A stretch of DNA of 63,083 nt, counting the filler, from Stramenopiles sp. TOSAG23-3 (Eukaryota), in the NCBI GenBank assembly GCA_900128585.1. It is 7 parts of 7 records of this genome, joined end to end, with 100 filler letters (N's around TTAATTAATTAA, not from the genome) between each part and the next. Parts side by side here need not be neighbours in the genome. Positions count along the whole stretch, not along the records: positions 1 to 14,269 come from LT642577.1; positions 14,370 to 28,618 come from LT642578.1; 5 more parts are not named here. One strand, given 5' to 3'. Below the pieces are notes generated by a model. That model saw only the letters and a list, made by a program, of their open reading frames with translations. It was not told the origin of the DNA and made no database searches. Below are positions 12,681-23,766 of the stretch, in pieces (position 1 is the stretch's first letter; each line of letters begins with the position of its first letter). The translations under genes and the position numbers were made by a program.

Positions 12681-14165
12681 TCAACCAATAGGCGGTGCAG
12701 AATTTACTCGCCTCTCACTCCTCCACGAACTGGGAAACGAGTAAAACCACAGCCAGAATGCGCCAACAGCGCGAACGCTGTTAAGGCAAGTCTTTCCTAT
12801 CCACAAATAAAACAACGAATGATACGCACTCACGGTTGTAACGACAAAAATTGCGGGAGAAAATACCAAAACGCATGCCACGAACATTAAATTGCGAACA
12901 AAAGAAAATGCCTGAGCTGCATAAATGAGACCGTCCAGTACAAACACACATGCATTGATAATTTGCATGAAACTCAGTATGGGCCAAACTAGTATTAGTA
13001 GATCCTTTGTGTGGCCATCATGGACGTGAAAAAGCGTAAATATATCGTCTTCAAACGCAAACAACACAAGTCCCGCAACCAACCCAGTAGAAATTCCATA
13101 CAGCAACAATAAGTTCCGCAGGACGATTACTTGCTTAAATTTGCCCGGGTCACTCCCAGCCAAAAGTTTCGCACCAAGCATAGTCCCAACGTCAGCGAAG
13201 CCGTCGCAAAAGTAAGAAGTGACCATCCATAGTGTTAAAACAATCTGGTGGGCCGCAAGGGCATCGGTGCCAAGGTTCCCGGCAACAACGCTCATAGCAT
13301 AAACAGACCCCGTCAACAGAACAGACCGGATAGTCGTGTCGCGAGATGCTGTAAAGTATTCTACAAATGTCTCTGTGCAATTCCCCCCAGTCTCGGTCTC
13401 GTCTCCGTCATCCAACAAAACTGTAGAAAGCAATTCGCTATTTTCCTTTTCTGTCGACTGCCTACGATGACAGCACTGGCATATTTCAATTGCCCCCTGG
13501 GCGCGCTCTGGTGGAAGCAGCACTACTAAAACCATAGCTAAAACGCTCCCAAATATCGACGTAACCAGCCTCCCGATGGTTGCTTCTAGCAGCCCACCGC
13601 GTAATACTTCCAACGCATAGAACTGGGAAAATACTTCAACGATAGAAACTACCACTGCAAGAGACGCAAGACTCTTCAAACGCATATAACCGCTTAAGCA
13701 GCCAGAGCAGACACGCTGCACCATCATGAACGGTATTGTAATCAGCCTTATATTGTAAGGGGTTGCAGCAATGTTTTGCACACTCTCCGAAAGCCCCATA
13801 ATGTAGAACACGTGCTCCCGTAGATAAAATAACGCAAACGCGCAGGCCGTTCCTACAAAAATTGCCGTCAGCACTGCGATTAGGAATTGTCGCCCCACAT
13901 TCCTCCAATCATTACCCCCTACAGCTTTTGATACTTGGGCCATGGTTACCGTTACGAGAAAGTTAAATATGTTCAGCACAAAAGTGCATGTTGCGGAAAT
14001 GGCCGCGTACGCCGCAAGATTTTCTCGCGGCAACGCCCTGGCGATAAGCGCAAGCTCAAAAAACAGAGCGACGGGGAAAGAGCTTTCATTAATGATAGAG
14101 AATAGAGAAAGGCGCAACAACTTCAAACTTGTTGCAAGGTCATAGTTTAGGCCTTGGGCGGGCAT
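12681..14165 (-). CDS. MATE (DinF-like) family transporter
   Basis: About 12 hydrophobic segments in two halves; LGTDALAAHQIV and FVLDGL motifs. Confidence 0.88.
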   Translation of the reverse strand: MPAQGLNYDLATSLKLLRLSLFSIINESSFPVALFFELALIARALPRENLAAYAAISATCTFVLNIFNFLVTVTMAQVSKAVGGNDWRNVGRQFLIAVLTAIFVGTACAFALFYLREHVFYIMGLSESVQNIAATPYNIRLITIPFMMVQRVCSGCLSGYMRLKSLASLAVVVSIVEVFSQFYALEVLRGGLLEATIGRLVTSIFGSVLAMVLVVLLPPERAQGAIEICQCCHRRQSTEKENSELLSTVLLDDGDETETGGNCTETFVEYFTASRDTTIRSVLLTGSVYAMSVVAGNLGTDALAAHQIVLTLWMVTSYFCDGFADVGTMLGAKLLAGSDPGKFKQVIVLRNLLLLYGISTGLVAGLVLFAFEDDIFTLFHVHDGHTKDLLILVWPILSFMQIINACVFVLDGLIYAAQAFSFVRNLMFVACVLVFSPAIFVVTTVSAYHSLFYLWIGKTCLNSVRAVGAFWLWFYSFPSSWRSERRVNSAPPIG

Positions 14166-14269
14166 CTTGGGCTTAATGAATGGTTGCCTATTTGAATATC
14201 TTTGTTTTTTCTACTCGTATTTTTCATTCTACTATTTAAATTTGTCAATGTAATAAAAAGTGAACATTT

Positions 14270-14369
14270 NNNNNNNNNNNNNNNNNNNNNNNNNNNNNNN
14301 NNNNNNNNNNNNNTTAATTAATTAANNNNNNNNNNNNNNNNNNNNNNNNNNNNNNNNNNNNNNNNNNNN
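14270..14369. other. Artificial contig linker (N44-TTAATTAATTAA-N44)
   Basis: Identical 100-nt spacer with six-frame stop sequence recurs six times. Confidence 0.98.
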
Positions 14370-14496
14370 ACATAAACCTGTGTAAATGTATTTTCTGAAG
14401 ATCCAAGTCTACTAAGAGTATCATGGATTTTCCACTTCAGGGCGTATTTTAAATAAAAACAAATATGGCTGTGATTTAAGTACGAACTAAATTTAA

Positions 14497-14773
14497 AAAA
14501 CAAGAAAATTGGCTGTTATTTAAGTAATTAATTTAAAATTTATCTTCTTCATATACCACCGCAAGTTTTTCTGCTCCTTTTTGTCCACTAGAGGTTTACG
14601 TTCCTTCATATATGTATCATATGATAAGTTACTGCGAGTTTATCTCTGCTCCTATCGTATGATATCATATGATTTTACTAAAACGTATATTATTGATTAA
14701 AAAACTCTAAAACAAACAAATTATATAGTAAAAACTCTAAATAACTCTAAATAACCGCCAGTATTTTGGTTTT
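14497..14773. repeat. MITE-like element copy 2 (opposite orientation to copy 1)
   Basis: 14502-14557 aagaaaattggctgttatttaagtaattaatt...cttcttcatatacc resembles the reverse complement of 4827-4880; right end actctaaataaccgccagtattttggtttt resembles the reverse complement of the copy-1 left end. Confidence 0.55.
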
Positions 14774-15081
14774 AACACCAAATGGAAATATTCACTTACA
14801 CAGTATAATTTAGATGAACTTATAATTAGTTTTTTTTAAAAACATGGGGTGTGTAATTACTCCAGAACGAGACTATCATTCTCTCCTCGTACTCCATGCA
14901 GCACTATAATCCGAACGAAGTAAATAATCTTTAAAAAAAGTAAAAAGAATCTTCACAAGTACTCTCGAATCATAAAAATCAAAATAAAAAAATAATTCTT
15001 TTTAGAGAAAAAAGCAAGCTAGCCCACACAAGTAACATGACATGTGCCATTCATCTCTGTAAAGCCTTTCGCCCGCAAGAT

Positions 15082-16080
15082 TTACTTGTCCTTCTTCGCA
15101 CCAGCCTCTTTTGCCTTCTTTCGAAGGAACGCCTTGCGAACACCATGGTGGTGTTTGAGGAAAAACCAAACTGCAACGGAATCCGGAAGCACTTCGAAGA
15201 TCCATTCGCAAAATGCATGGAACCAGTACGGGGTGATGATAGGCCCAGCGAACGGTCTTCCTAAATGGCCTATGGCTGCCCGCGCCCAAGCCTTTGGGGA
15301 CGGCGCCATAAGGCTTGCGCGGCGAATACGAGACATGCGGGAAGCAACAAAGTGCGGCACGTGGCACTCCACGTTGATGCCCTTGCCTTTCAATTCGTGG
15401 TGGAGGGATTTCGAAAAGTAAGCAACGTATGCCTTCGTTCCCGAATACACGGCGTACAGGGGATCGCCGGCCGGCCCGGTGCCCGCGTAAGAGGTAACGT
15501 TGATGATGTCACCCTTTGCACCGCTGGCCGCCCACATGTCCAGCACGATGCGGGTCATGCGGGTCAGCGCGCTCACGTTCAGGTTAATCAATACGTCAAT
15601 ACGGTTGGGGTCCACGTCGGTAAAGTACATGGCACTTTCGTACGAAATGCCGGCATTGTTGACCAGTACGGCGACGTTGACTTCGGCCAACAGTGTTGCG
15701 ATCCCATCCCAGTTCTTCGTACTCATATCCCCAAGGTCGGCCTGGTGCAGGATAATATCAACGTCCGGGTACTTCGCTTCGATGTACTCTTTGGTGGCCA
15801 TGAGGGTGTCCTCTTTGTACTTCGGGTCGTTGCTCCTCATGGTGCGGGCGGTCAGGACCAGGTTCAAGCCTTGGCGTGCAAGCTCTTCGGCATACCCACG
15901 TCCAATCCCCCGGTTACCCCCCGTAACAACGGCGTAGGACCCCTTTGGGTACTTGGACCTAAGGTTTGTCGCGGGAAGCAAGATCCGCGCGACCACTTTC
16001 AGCAAGTATACCGCCCAGGTAATGAGCGTAAACGTGCCCGCGTAGTACACCGCAGTATCCCAAGTTGGTAGTTCCATCAT
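15082..16080 (-). CDS. Short-chain dehydrogenase/reductase, very-long-chain 3-oxoacyl-CoA reductase (KCR/HSD17B12-like)
   Basis: N-terminal TM helix, VVTGGNRGIG, LVNNAG, catalytic YSGTK, AEELARQGLN. Confidence 0.92.
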   Translation of the reverse strand: MMELPTWDTAVYYAGTFTLITWAVYLLKVVARILLPATNLRSKYPKGSYAVVTGGNRGIGRGYAEELARQGLNLVLTARTMRSNDPKYKEDTLMATKEYIEAKYPDVDIILHQADLGDMSTKNWDGIATLLAEVNVAVLVNNAGISYESAMYFTDVDPNRIDVLINLNVSALTRMTRIVLDMWAASGAKGDIINVTSYAGTGPAGDPLYAVYSGTKAYVAYFSKSLHHELKGKGINVECHVPHFVASRMSRIRRASLMAPSPKAWARAAIGHLGRPFAGPIITPYWFHAFCEWIFEVLPDSVAVWFFLKHHHGVRKAFLRKKAKEAGAKKDK

Positions 16081-16337
16081 CGATCTTTTTGTTATTTGTT
16101 GGTAAAATATATATATATTATAAACTAACTAAACTTAAAAATTAAATGAGATCATTTTTATTTCTAAAGGAACTTCACCTTCAATACTTTTTTATTATCT
16201 AATTCAAACCAATTGTTCTTATTTAAAGAATATATATATCTCCATCAAAAATCAAAAAGTCCTTTTTTATTTATCATCTCTCTCGTCGTCGTCTCTCGTC
16301 TCTCGTCGTCGTGTCTTCTCACATCCATCCTCCGTCC

Positions 16338-16655
16338 CTCCTTCTTCCTTCCTTCTTTTCTTTCTTCTTCTTCTTTCTTCTTCTTCTTTCTTCTTCTTCC
16401 TTCTTTCTTCTTTCTTCTTTCTTCTTCTTCTTTCTTCTTCTTCTTCTTCTTCTTCTTCTTCCTTCTTCTTCTTCTTCCTTCTTTTCTTTCTTCTTCTTCT
16501 TTCTTCTTCTTCTTTCTTCTTCTTCTTTCTTCTTCTTCTTTCTTCTTCTTCTTTCTTCTTCTTTCTTCTTCTTCTTCTTTTCTTCTTTCTTCTTCTTCTT
16601 CTTTCTTCTTTTATTTCTTTCTTCTTCTCTTTTCTTCTTTTCTTCTTCTTTCTCT
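16338..16655. repeat. Imperfect (TTC)n microsatellite / polypyrimidine tract of about 300 bp
   Basis: Directly visible TTC reiteration. Confidence 0.95.
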
Positions 16656-16959
16656 CGTCCCTTCTTTGTTGGTGCTCCTTCCGGCAAAAATAGTAAATAA
16701 ATAATACAAATACAGTAGATGTCAGTTTGATTTTTTTTCTAAAAAATTCCCATAACGGAGTTTCTTGTTCCATCAAAAGTTGCTACTATGATATGATATA
16801 ATAAGGATTGTTTTTTTAACGCTTTTAAGAATTTTTGTTTTTTTAAGAATTAGTCTCTTTAATAATTTTAAAACTTGCTGAAATTCATCTTCCTTCAAAA
16901 GATTAAATGATATGGGACGGAATTTGAGAAAACGAAATAACACTTACCCTCTTCTCCCA

Positions 16960-18192
16960 CTACATTTCATCGAGAACGTTTACCCCGGGAAGTACCTTTC
17001 CTTCCAAAAGTTCCAAACTAGCCCCCCCGCCGGTGGATATGTGAGACATGCTTTCCGCGAGTCCACTTTTTTCTACTGCGGCTACCGAATCGCCACCCCC
17101 GATGACGGTGATGCCGCCATTCTGGGTGCTGAGCTCAGCCATGGTCTCTGCAACTGCAAACGTACCCTTTGAGAACGCGTCGAATTCAAAAACCCCCATG
17201 GGGCCGTTCCACACGACGGTGGACGAGTTGAGCAACTTCTCACGGAACAGGTCAATCGACTTTGGCCCAATGTCCAGCCCCATCCAGCCGTCCTGGATTC
17301 CACCTGCGCTTTGCGCATCCATGTCCACCTGGTCCGATTTGGCGTCCGCGTCGTATTTGTCTGCAATGGCGACGTCGACGGGAAGCACAAGGTCTACCCC
17401 CTTGGACTTTGCCTTCTCCAAGATCTGCTTTGCCATGGGCACAAACTCTTCTTCTACCAAGGAGTCACCGGTCGGCAAGCCCTGGGCACGGTAGAACGTA
17501 AAAATCATACCACCGCCGAGCAGCAACGTGTCGCACTTGTCGAGAAGGCTCTCCAGGACGGTTATTTTTGTGCTCACCTTTGCGCCCCCGACCACCGCGG
17601 CGAACGGTCTCTTTGGCTCATCCAGTGCACCGTATAAAAATTGGAGCTCCTTCTCCATCAAGAAGCCGCCGACGCTCGTCGAGACGTGGTCTGCAATCCC
17701 GGCCGTGGAGGCGTGGGCGCGGTGGGCGGTCCCAAAGGCGTCATTTACAAACATGTCCGCCCCCGTGCTTTCGGCCAGCGCAGCGGCGAACTCGGGGTCA
17801 TTCTTCTCCTCGCCCTCGTAGAACCGAACGTTTTCTAACAGGACAACGTCGGATGGGAGCATGAAATCCGTCGCTTCCTTCACCTGTTCGCCCACGCAGT
17901 CGCTCAGGATGGTCACGTCGGTGTCCAGAAGCTCGCCCAAGCGTTCTCCCATAGGCCTGAGCCGCATGTCTTCGTTAACTTTCCCCTTGGGTCGCCCGGC
18001 GTGTGATGCCACGATGACACGGGCTCCTGCATCTCGCAAGTGTTTGATCGTGGGAACGACCGAACGAATCCTTGTATCGTCAGAAATAACCTTTTCCGCG
18101 CTGTTCTTGTCGAAGGGAACGTTTAAGTCCGCACGCACAAAGACTCGCGCGCCCCGAAGGACATTCGTAGAGGCAAGGGTTTTCTTCAACAT
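16960..18192 (-). CDS. PGK: Phosphoglycerate kinase
   Basis: [67 protein letters not shown]. Confidence 0.98.
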   Translation of the reverse strand: MLKKTLASTNVLRGARVFVRADLNVPFDKNSAEKVISDDTRIRSVVPTIKHLRDAGARVIVASHAGRPKGKVNEDMRLRPMGERLGELLDTDVTILSDCVGEQVKEATDFMLPSDVVLLENVRFYEGEEKNDPEFAAALAESTGADMFVNDAFGTAHRAHASTAGIADHVSTSVGGFLMEKELQFLYGALDEPKRPFAAVVGGAKVSTKITVLESLLDKCDTLLLGGGMIFTFYRAQGLPTGDSLVEEEFVPMAKQILEKAKSKGVDLVLPVDVAIADKYDADAKSDQVDMDAQSAGGIQDGWMGLDIGPKSIDLFREKLLNSSTVVWNGPMGVFEFDAFSKGTFAVAETMAELSTQNGGITVIGGGDSVAAVEKSGLAESMSHISTGGGASLELLEGKVLPGVNVLDEM

Positions 18193-18923
18193 GCTTTAGT
18201 CAGCTGGCTAAAACGGTGCACTTGAAACAACGTGTATGGCAAAAAAAAATCCAACACGATAAAATCAATAGAATCTGTCACTCCACTCTATGGACAAAAA
18301 CCATCCTCTGTCATTTGATCAACAGCACTCGCTTGTTGAACGCTCAATAAATACAAAAAGGTTCGTTTTTCGTATTGTTGTCGCGTCTTCTTTCTTCTTC
18401 TTTCTTCCTTCTTTCTTTTTTTGATTGTTGATATTATATTTGATGATGACGCGCTGAAATTATGAAGAAGAAGGGGATGTAATAAATATCCCTATCAAAA
18501 CACATTAGAATATAAAACGAATAAAAGGTGTTGTGGTTGTGGTGGGTCGGTGCGACGGTCATCATCTTCTTATTATTTTATTTTTTTATAATAATACTTC
18601 TTCTTCTTATTAATATTGGTGTATTAATAATAATAAAATTAATAATCATCATCATCACTTCTTCACTTCTTTCTTCTTTCTTCTTCTTCTTCTTCTTGGA
18701 TTTTTTTTTTAACAAAATATTTAAAACCACCTTTTCTTCCTTTTTTCTGTTCGTTCCTTTCTTCTTTTTTTTACTTAACACAACTTATTTAATGGAAATA
18801 AAAAGAAAGAAACACATACCCAAGTAAGTACGTAGTATTTAAATTGTTAATTCCTTTTTTTTTTCTAGTTTAGAGTTTAGTTTAGTTAGGGTGTGGTGCA
18901 CGAGACCAACAAAATAAGCTTTA

Positions 18924-20033
18924 ATGGAGCCAATGGGCGAAACCGACAATGTCGCAAGGCCGTTGTCGGTTGCTGGAATGACCAGTGCTGCCCCCATAGT
19001 AAATAAAAGTCTTCCTACAGGGACAGCGATAACCCGTAAACCTAGTGATAATGATGACTGGGGCGCACCGGCAATGGCCCCACACTCCTTGTCTAGTATG
19101 GTGGAGGGAGAGGGAGAGAAAAAAGAGGAAGAGGATGGTGCGTCAGTTGCTCACGGTGTGAAAGTCCACGTGCCCGACGAATTTGAGGAAGTGGAAGAAG
19201 TACCAACTGGGCAAGCGCCACTGCGACACCCTTCTTCTAGTAATGCATGGGATGCCGCTGAGTTATCGGCTGCTGAAAAGGAACACAATATTGTGAGAAA
19301 GGAGTCTGTAGCAGCCAACCATCGAATTAGTGTAGCGGTACAAAATGGGCACAAAATAGTACGGAAAGAGTCTGCTGTTGCCCCACGAATTAGCGTCGCC
19401 GTGGAGAGTGGCCGGAGAATTACACGGGGGAAGACGAATGTCTGGAGCGAAGACGACCTACGCGGTAAGAACGAACACTCTATCGAGGTGCAAAAGGAGC
19501 AGCGGCTGGTCATGTCGAAAGCAACGTCCGTGGGGTCCGCGTTGAGAAACAAAGAAAAAATAAAGCAGTTGCGGCGAATGGAGGCAAAAGCAGCAGAAGA
19601 AAAATTACGCAAGCAGCGGGCACTGGACGAAAAAGCTCGCCTCGAAGCAAAACGGAAAGAAATTGAGAAGAAGAAGGAGGAAAAAGCAAAGTGTAGAATC
19701 ATGCCCACTGCTGAATTCTCTTCAAAAGTCTGCAAGCTTCGAATATTGTGTTTTTCATCTTTTGGCGAAGAAAAAATCAAAATAGACCACAACAACAACC
19801 GGTTAGAATTTTACGACCCACGCACCGGCCGTCTGCCAAAAGAATGCAACATATGCAACGGGACTATTTCCCGATGCAACGACACGGAGTTCTCTTTTAC
19901 GGCCTTCGGCGCCTCCGGGAAAACATATACTTTTCGTTCCCCAACCAAACTTGAATGCGACAATTTCATCAATGCCCTGGAAAAAGCACTTCATGCAACG
20001 ACAGTCTTGGGGTTTAACATTTCTGGTCTATAA
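18924..20033 (+). CDS. Hypothetical protein with disordered N-terminus, coiled coil and a possible C-terminal PH-like domain
   Basis: 369-aa ORF with coding-like composition between AT-rich spacers; C-terminal KTYTFRSPTKLECDNFINAL resembles the last strand and helix of PH domains. Confidence 0.6.
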   Translation: MEPMGETDNVARPLSVAGMTSAAPIVNKSLPTGTAITRKPSDNDDWGAPAMAPHSLSSMVEGEGEKKEEEDGASVAHGVKVHVPDEFEEVEEVPTGQAPLRHPSSSNAWDAAELSAAEKEHNIVRKESVAANHRISVAVQNGHKIVRKESAVAPRISVAVESGRRITRGKTNVWSEDDLRGKNEHSIEVQKEQRLVMSKATSVGSALRNKEKIKQLRRMEAKAAEEKLRKQRALDEKARLEAKRKEIEKKKEEKAKCRIMPTAEFSSKVCKLRILCFSSFGEEKIKIDHNNNRLEFYDPRTGRLPKECNICNGTISRCNDTEFSFTAFGASGKTYTFRSPTKLECDNFINALEKALHATTVLGFNISGL

Positions 20034-20203
20034 AAAGTTTAATTTTTGCCAGTAGTGTAAAATTACCCAAAAGTATTTAAAGTAAAGCATGGGTATCAGA
20101 TTATTCTTACAAGCTCTTGTACCAATTTCAGAATTACATACTTGGTATATAGAGACAGTACGGCAAACGATTCGCGAAGTTGATATTTGGATTTGTTCAA
20201 TTC

Positions 20204-20259
20204 TGAAATTGGTGCACCGCGAGATACATCATATAGCAAGGAAAAAATAGAAAATCGGA
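20204..20259 (+). repeat. Dispersed 56-bp repeat, second copy at 57218-57273
   Basis: tgaaattggtgcaccgcgagatacat...ggaaaaaatagaaaatcgga present on two contigs with about 3 mismatches. Confidence 0.85.
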
Positions 20260-20368
20260 ATATTTCACTAAACCAAACAATTATAACTAGACTAAATATA
20301 ATTCAATAAAATACAAGGCGTAGTCTAGGATCTAGGAAGTGCGGTCAAGAACTGTACTCGTATAGCTA

Positions 20369-20779
20369 TTTGGATAATAAATTATTATTTGCTTAAAGTT
20401 GGGCATCTCTTCTTTTGTTATTTATTACCTGTTAGTTCGTCTGTTAAAAATATTTCCTTTGTTTGTTGGTTAGTCCTAATAATAATTTATATATAATTAT
20501 TATTTGTTGTTCTTTTTGGATAATTTGTAAGTTCAAACACAGGCCACAGCATTGAAATAAAATTTTAAAGTTTATAACTCCTTTTTTAATTTTTTTGGAT
20601 AATTATATTATTTGTTGTTCTTTTTGGATAATTTGTAAGTTCAAACACAGGCCACAGCATTGAAATAAAATTTTATATATAAATTATAATAAAACTTCAA
20701 TTTGGATAATAAATTATTATTTGCTTAAAAGTTGGACATCTCTTTGTTATTTACCTGTTAGTTCGTCTGTTAAAAATAT
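20369..20779 (+). repeat. Local direct duplications arranged A-B-B-A (units about 75-85 bp)
   Basis: A at ~20369-20452 and ~20701-20779; B at ~20492-20566 and ~20599-20675. Confidence 0.8.
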
Positions 20780-21251
20780 GTGTATTTTCTTTTTTTTTAT
20801 TATATCCTCGTTCGTATTGTATATTATTTTTGAATGGTTTTTATTAAGCCTATAATAATACTATTATTTCAATAATGATGTTTTTTACTACTACCACCGG
20901 TATAGCATCATTCTACAATGGCCACTTCTGATCTTCTTTCTTCTTCGCTACTATAATTATTATTTATTTATATTTATTATTAGTAGTCGTCTAAGAAATA
21001 ATAATAAAATATAAATAATAATAATTAATACCACCGCGGCCGGACCCACCGGTATCTTTTGTTTTGCACAATATGAAAGATGCAAAAATTAAACATTTTA
21101 GTGTGCTTTGGAAGATAAAGATCAAGAGAGAGAGAGAACAAGATTCTATATATTTATTGAAGCAAAAGAAATCGATACACTCAAACAAACTCACCCACAT
21201 AAACAACCCCCACAAGAGGAATCGAGAGCTTTATTACTGTTCGGTCGGAAA

Positions 21252-23231
21252 ATGCCTTTTCTCATCGTCAACCATACTCCGCTAAGTACGTCAAGTAATT
21301 ACCTATCTGTCGTGCTTCGTGGACATGTCACAAAATCTGCTGTCCATGCCATTAAAGAAGCCATAGTCGCCCTACGACAGAGCGATTTAGAGTTGGTTCG
21401 GTTGCCTTTGCTCCGAGTTGAACGGGGAGTGTGGCAGTTCAACGCAACTTGCAAATACATCCACCATGCAACTGTGCTTTACAACTGTTTTTTTCAACCA
21501 CTGGAAAAACTTGAATGGCTGAACACAGAAATCTTGACAGATCAGCGAAGACATTTTGAAGGGGTACAGGCCCTGATCAGCGCCGCAAAGACAGCCGAGG
21601 CGGTACAACAGTTGCTACCGCTCCCATTCAGACCACCAAATATCCCAAGGCAGGAGTTAAAACTATTGCAGAAAGTTGAACCCCTGCAAGGTTTCAAATC
21701 CGTTGTGTACGCAAAGAGCGTTGAGGAAGAACCGGGACCATACCGGCCATTTACTGGCGTTGTGTTTGGCGGTGGCGGCGCTGTCGTCGAGCCAAACCCC
21801 ATGGGCTCGTTCGATGTTCTGGAACATACTATTATGTCGCTGGAAGATCGTGACTACATTGTAATCGGTTGTGGCTGGGAGTTCCAATCAGCTTCCACTA
21901 CAGCATCGCCTGTCCAAAAAATGCTGGCTGGGGAAGACCCTTTTGACCTGGATTTGAAAGTTTACCAGCTGAATAAATACGGGGACATAATGGGCGAGGA
22001 GATCTCCCCAAAAAAGTCTAGAAATTGCAGCGGTATATCAATGTGGCCCGATAGTAAAACGGGGATCGGAGACCATTTCGACGACGAGCGGGTCCTGATT
22101 CAAATGAACAAACTGCACCCCAATGTGAGGAGCTTGCTCTTTACCTTATCCATAACGTCTGGGCCTACAAGTTTTAATCGCATCAATAATCTGTATTTGA
22201 GGATGGTTGATTGCAGTAAGGGGGTCAACGAACTGGAACTTTGGCGGTACAACTTGGACCAGCTATCAGCCCCAGACTATTATGCCTCGGTCGTAGCATG
22301 TCGCATTAGTAATGAAGACCAGATGGGATGGAAAGCGGAGACGTTGGGGAAGTTCTTTCGCTCGAGGGTGCTTGCTCGACCCCAGGTTGTGTATGGCGAT
22401 GTATTGACGCATATAAACCACAAGCCTGTCAACCCGTGCACGTGGGTCGGTTCAAACTCCTTTTCATACAACATGTCAATGCTGCGTAAGGCTTTGATGT
22501 TCAACGTTTGCACGTTAACATTTAAGAGGCCCGAAAAACGATTGAATTCAGCAACTGCTCACATCGGAAATGCGTTTATGGATAAAGTAGGAGAAAGCTT
22601 TGATATTACTTTCGATCCCGATGGTGACTCTGACTGTGGCATAACATTTCGCGAATATTCGTCCTCAGTTATTGTTAAGTCTGTAGACCATCGAAAGTAC
22701 AACCCAAAGTACGACCTCAACCTGTCCAGTACTGGCATTACCAAACCATGCGCAAAGCCAACGAAGATACGATTTAGTAACATTGAAGCCAGGGTGCCGG
22801 CGATGGACCGCGGCGGAACCACCGACGTTTACCTGAAGGTTGGCGTTAAAGTTCCGTCGACCCGTTCAAGCATGTTCGGAAAAGGTTTTGAAACAGAAAA
22901 GCTGGTAAAAACCAAACCAGTGAAAACCCAGTGCCCCGCAAATGTGAAGTTCGACGGAGTGGTGCTCGAAATTCCGTTGAAGAGTTCTGTCGGGGTAGTC
23001 CCACGCTGCACGTTCGAAGTCTATGATTGTGATTCAATGTCCAAAGACGACATAATCCTAAGGCACGATTTCGATATCACCTATAGGTTTGTCGATAGCA
23101 ACAGAGAGAGCATTGAAGCGAACCCCGATTTTGTCTGCGAGATTGAAGACATGAAGGCTAATGTAGGTTTCACAAAAGCTGATTGTACACTTCGTGTCAC
23201 AGCGGAGCTTCTGTTTGACCCAGTAGACTGA
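21252..23231 (+). CDS. Protein with central TerD-like domain and C-terminal C2 domain
   Basis: TerD-like: GCGWE, DLDL, DSKTGIGDHFDDERVLI, FNRINNLYLRMVD, ELWRYNL. C2: VPAMDRGGTTDVY, EVYDCDSMSKDDII. First ATG at 21252. Confidence 0.78.
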   Translation: MPFLIVNHTPLSTSSNYLSVVLRGHVTKSAVHAIKEAIVALRQSDLELVRLPLLRVERGVWQFNATCKYIHHATVLYNCFFQPLEKLEWLNTEILTDQRRHFEGVQALISAAKTAEAVQQLLPLPFRPPNIPRQELKLLQKVEPLQGFKSVVYAKSVEEEPGPYRPFTGVVFGGGGAVVEPNPMGSFDVLEHTIMSLEDRDYIVIGCGWEFQSASTTASPVQKMLAGEDPFDLDLKVYQLNKYGDIMGEEISPKKSRNCSGISMWPDSKTGIGDHFDDERVLIQMNKLHPNVRSLLFTLSITSGPTSFNRINNLYLRMVDCSKGVNELELWRYNLDQLSAPDYYASVVACRISNEDQMGWKAETLGKFFRSRVLARPQVVYGDVLTHINHKPVNPCTWVGSNSFSYNMSMLRKALMFNVCTLTFKRPEKRLNSATAHIGNAFMDKVGESFDITFDPDGDSDCGITFREYSSSVIVKSVDHRKYNPKYDLNLSSTGITKPCAKPTKIRFSNIEARVPAMDRGGTTDVYLKVGVKVPSTRSSMFGKGFETEKLVKTKPVKTQCPANVKFDGVVLEIPLKSSVGVVPRCTFEVYDCDSMSKDDIILRHDFDITYRFVDSNRESIEANPDFVCEIEDMKANVGFTKADCTLRVTAELLFDPVD

Positions 23232-23766
23232 TTCTTTTCAGCAAAGAGCAAACAAACTTCTCCTGAAGAAGAAAACTATCATCCCCCCAAAAAAATCGGA
23301 GTGATTCCATATTGAGTTATAAAAACACTTAACACAGTACAACAATATTATATTTAATAAGTTCTATTTATATATGAAATAAATATATTGATATTAAGGT
23401 TTAAGGACAACATATAAATTCTCCGTCCGCGCATCAGAGATAGAAGAAGTGTACGGAGGAGGATCTTCTTCTCTCATAATTTTTTTATTATTAATTATTT
23501 ATCATCATCTCTCTCTCTCTCCCCCTCAACAATAAAAGAATCCAATGATGATGTTGTTCAATCCTGTACTACCGGTACGTCGTTTTGTTCCGAGTACAAA
23601 AGATTATGTATAATGATATAATGAACCAATCGATTACCCGCCACATGACAGAAAGTGCAACAAACCCCCCCAACCTTCCGTACATATTCCGTAAAATACA
23701 CGGAGGATTCTGCACTCGATTTCATATTCGCGTTTGAAAATCTTCCCTTGCTTTCCACCGGTGAAA

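Noticed and set aside
14270-14369. Recurring TTAATTAATTAA palindrome in N runs (six times)
   Set aside because: Artificial six-frame-stop concatenation linker; ORFs running into X are artefacts
16213-16776. ORFs of poly-F/S/L and poly-K/E/R
   Set aside because: Translations of a (TTC)n microsatellite
15265-18199. Long antisense ORFs over the SDR and PGK genes
   Set aside because: Shadow ORFs of GC-rich coding strands with no motifs
18528-18827. Hydrophobic short ORFs in intergenic DNA
   Set aside because: Low-complexity AT/TTC-rich spacer typical of all host intergenic regions here
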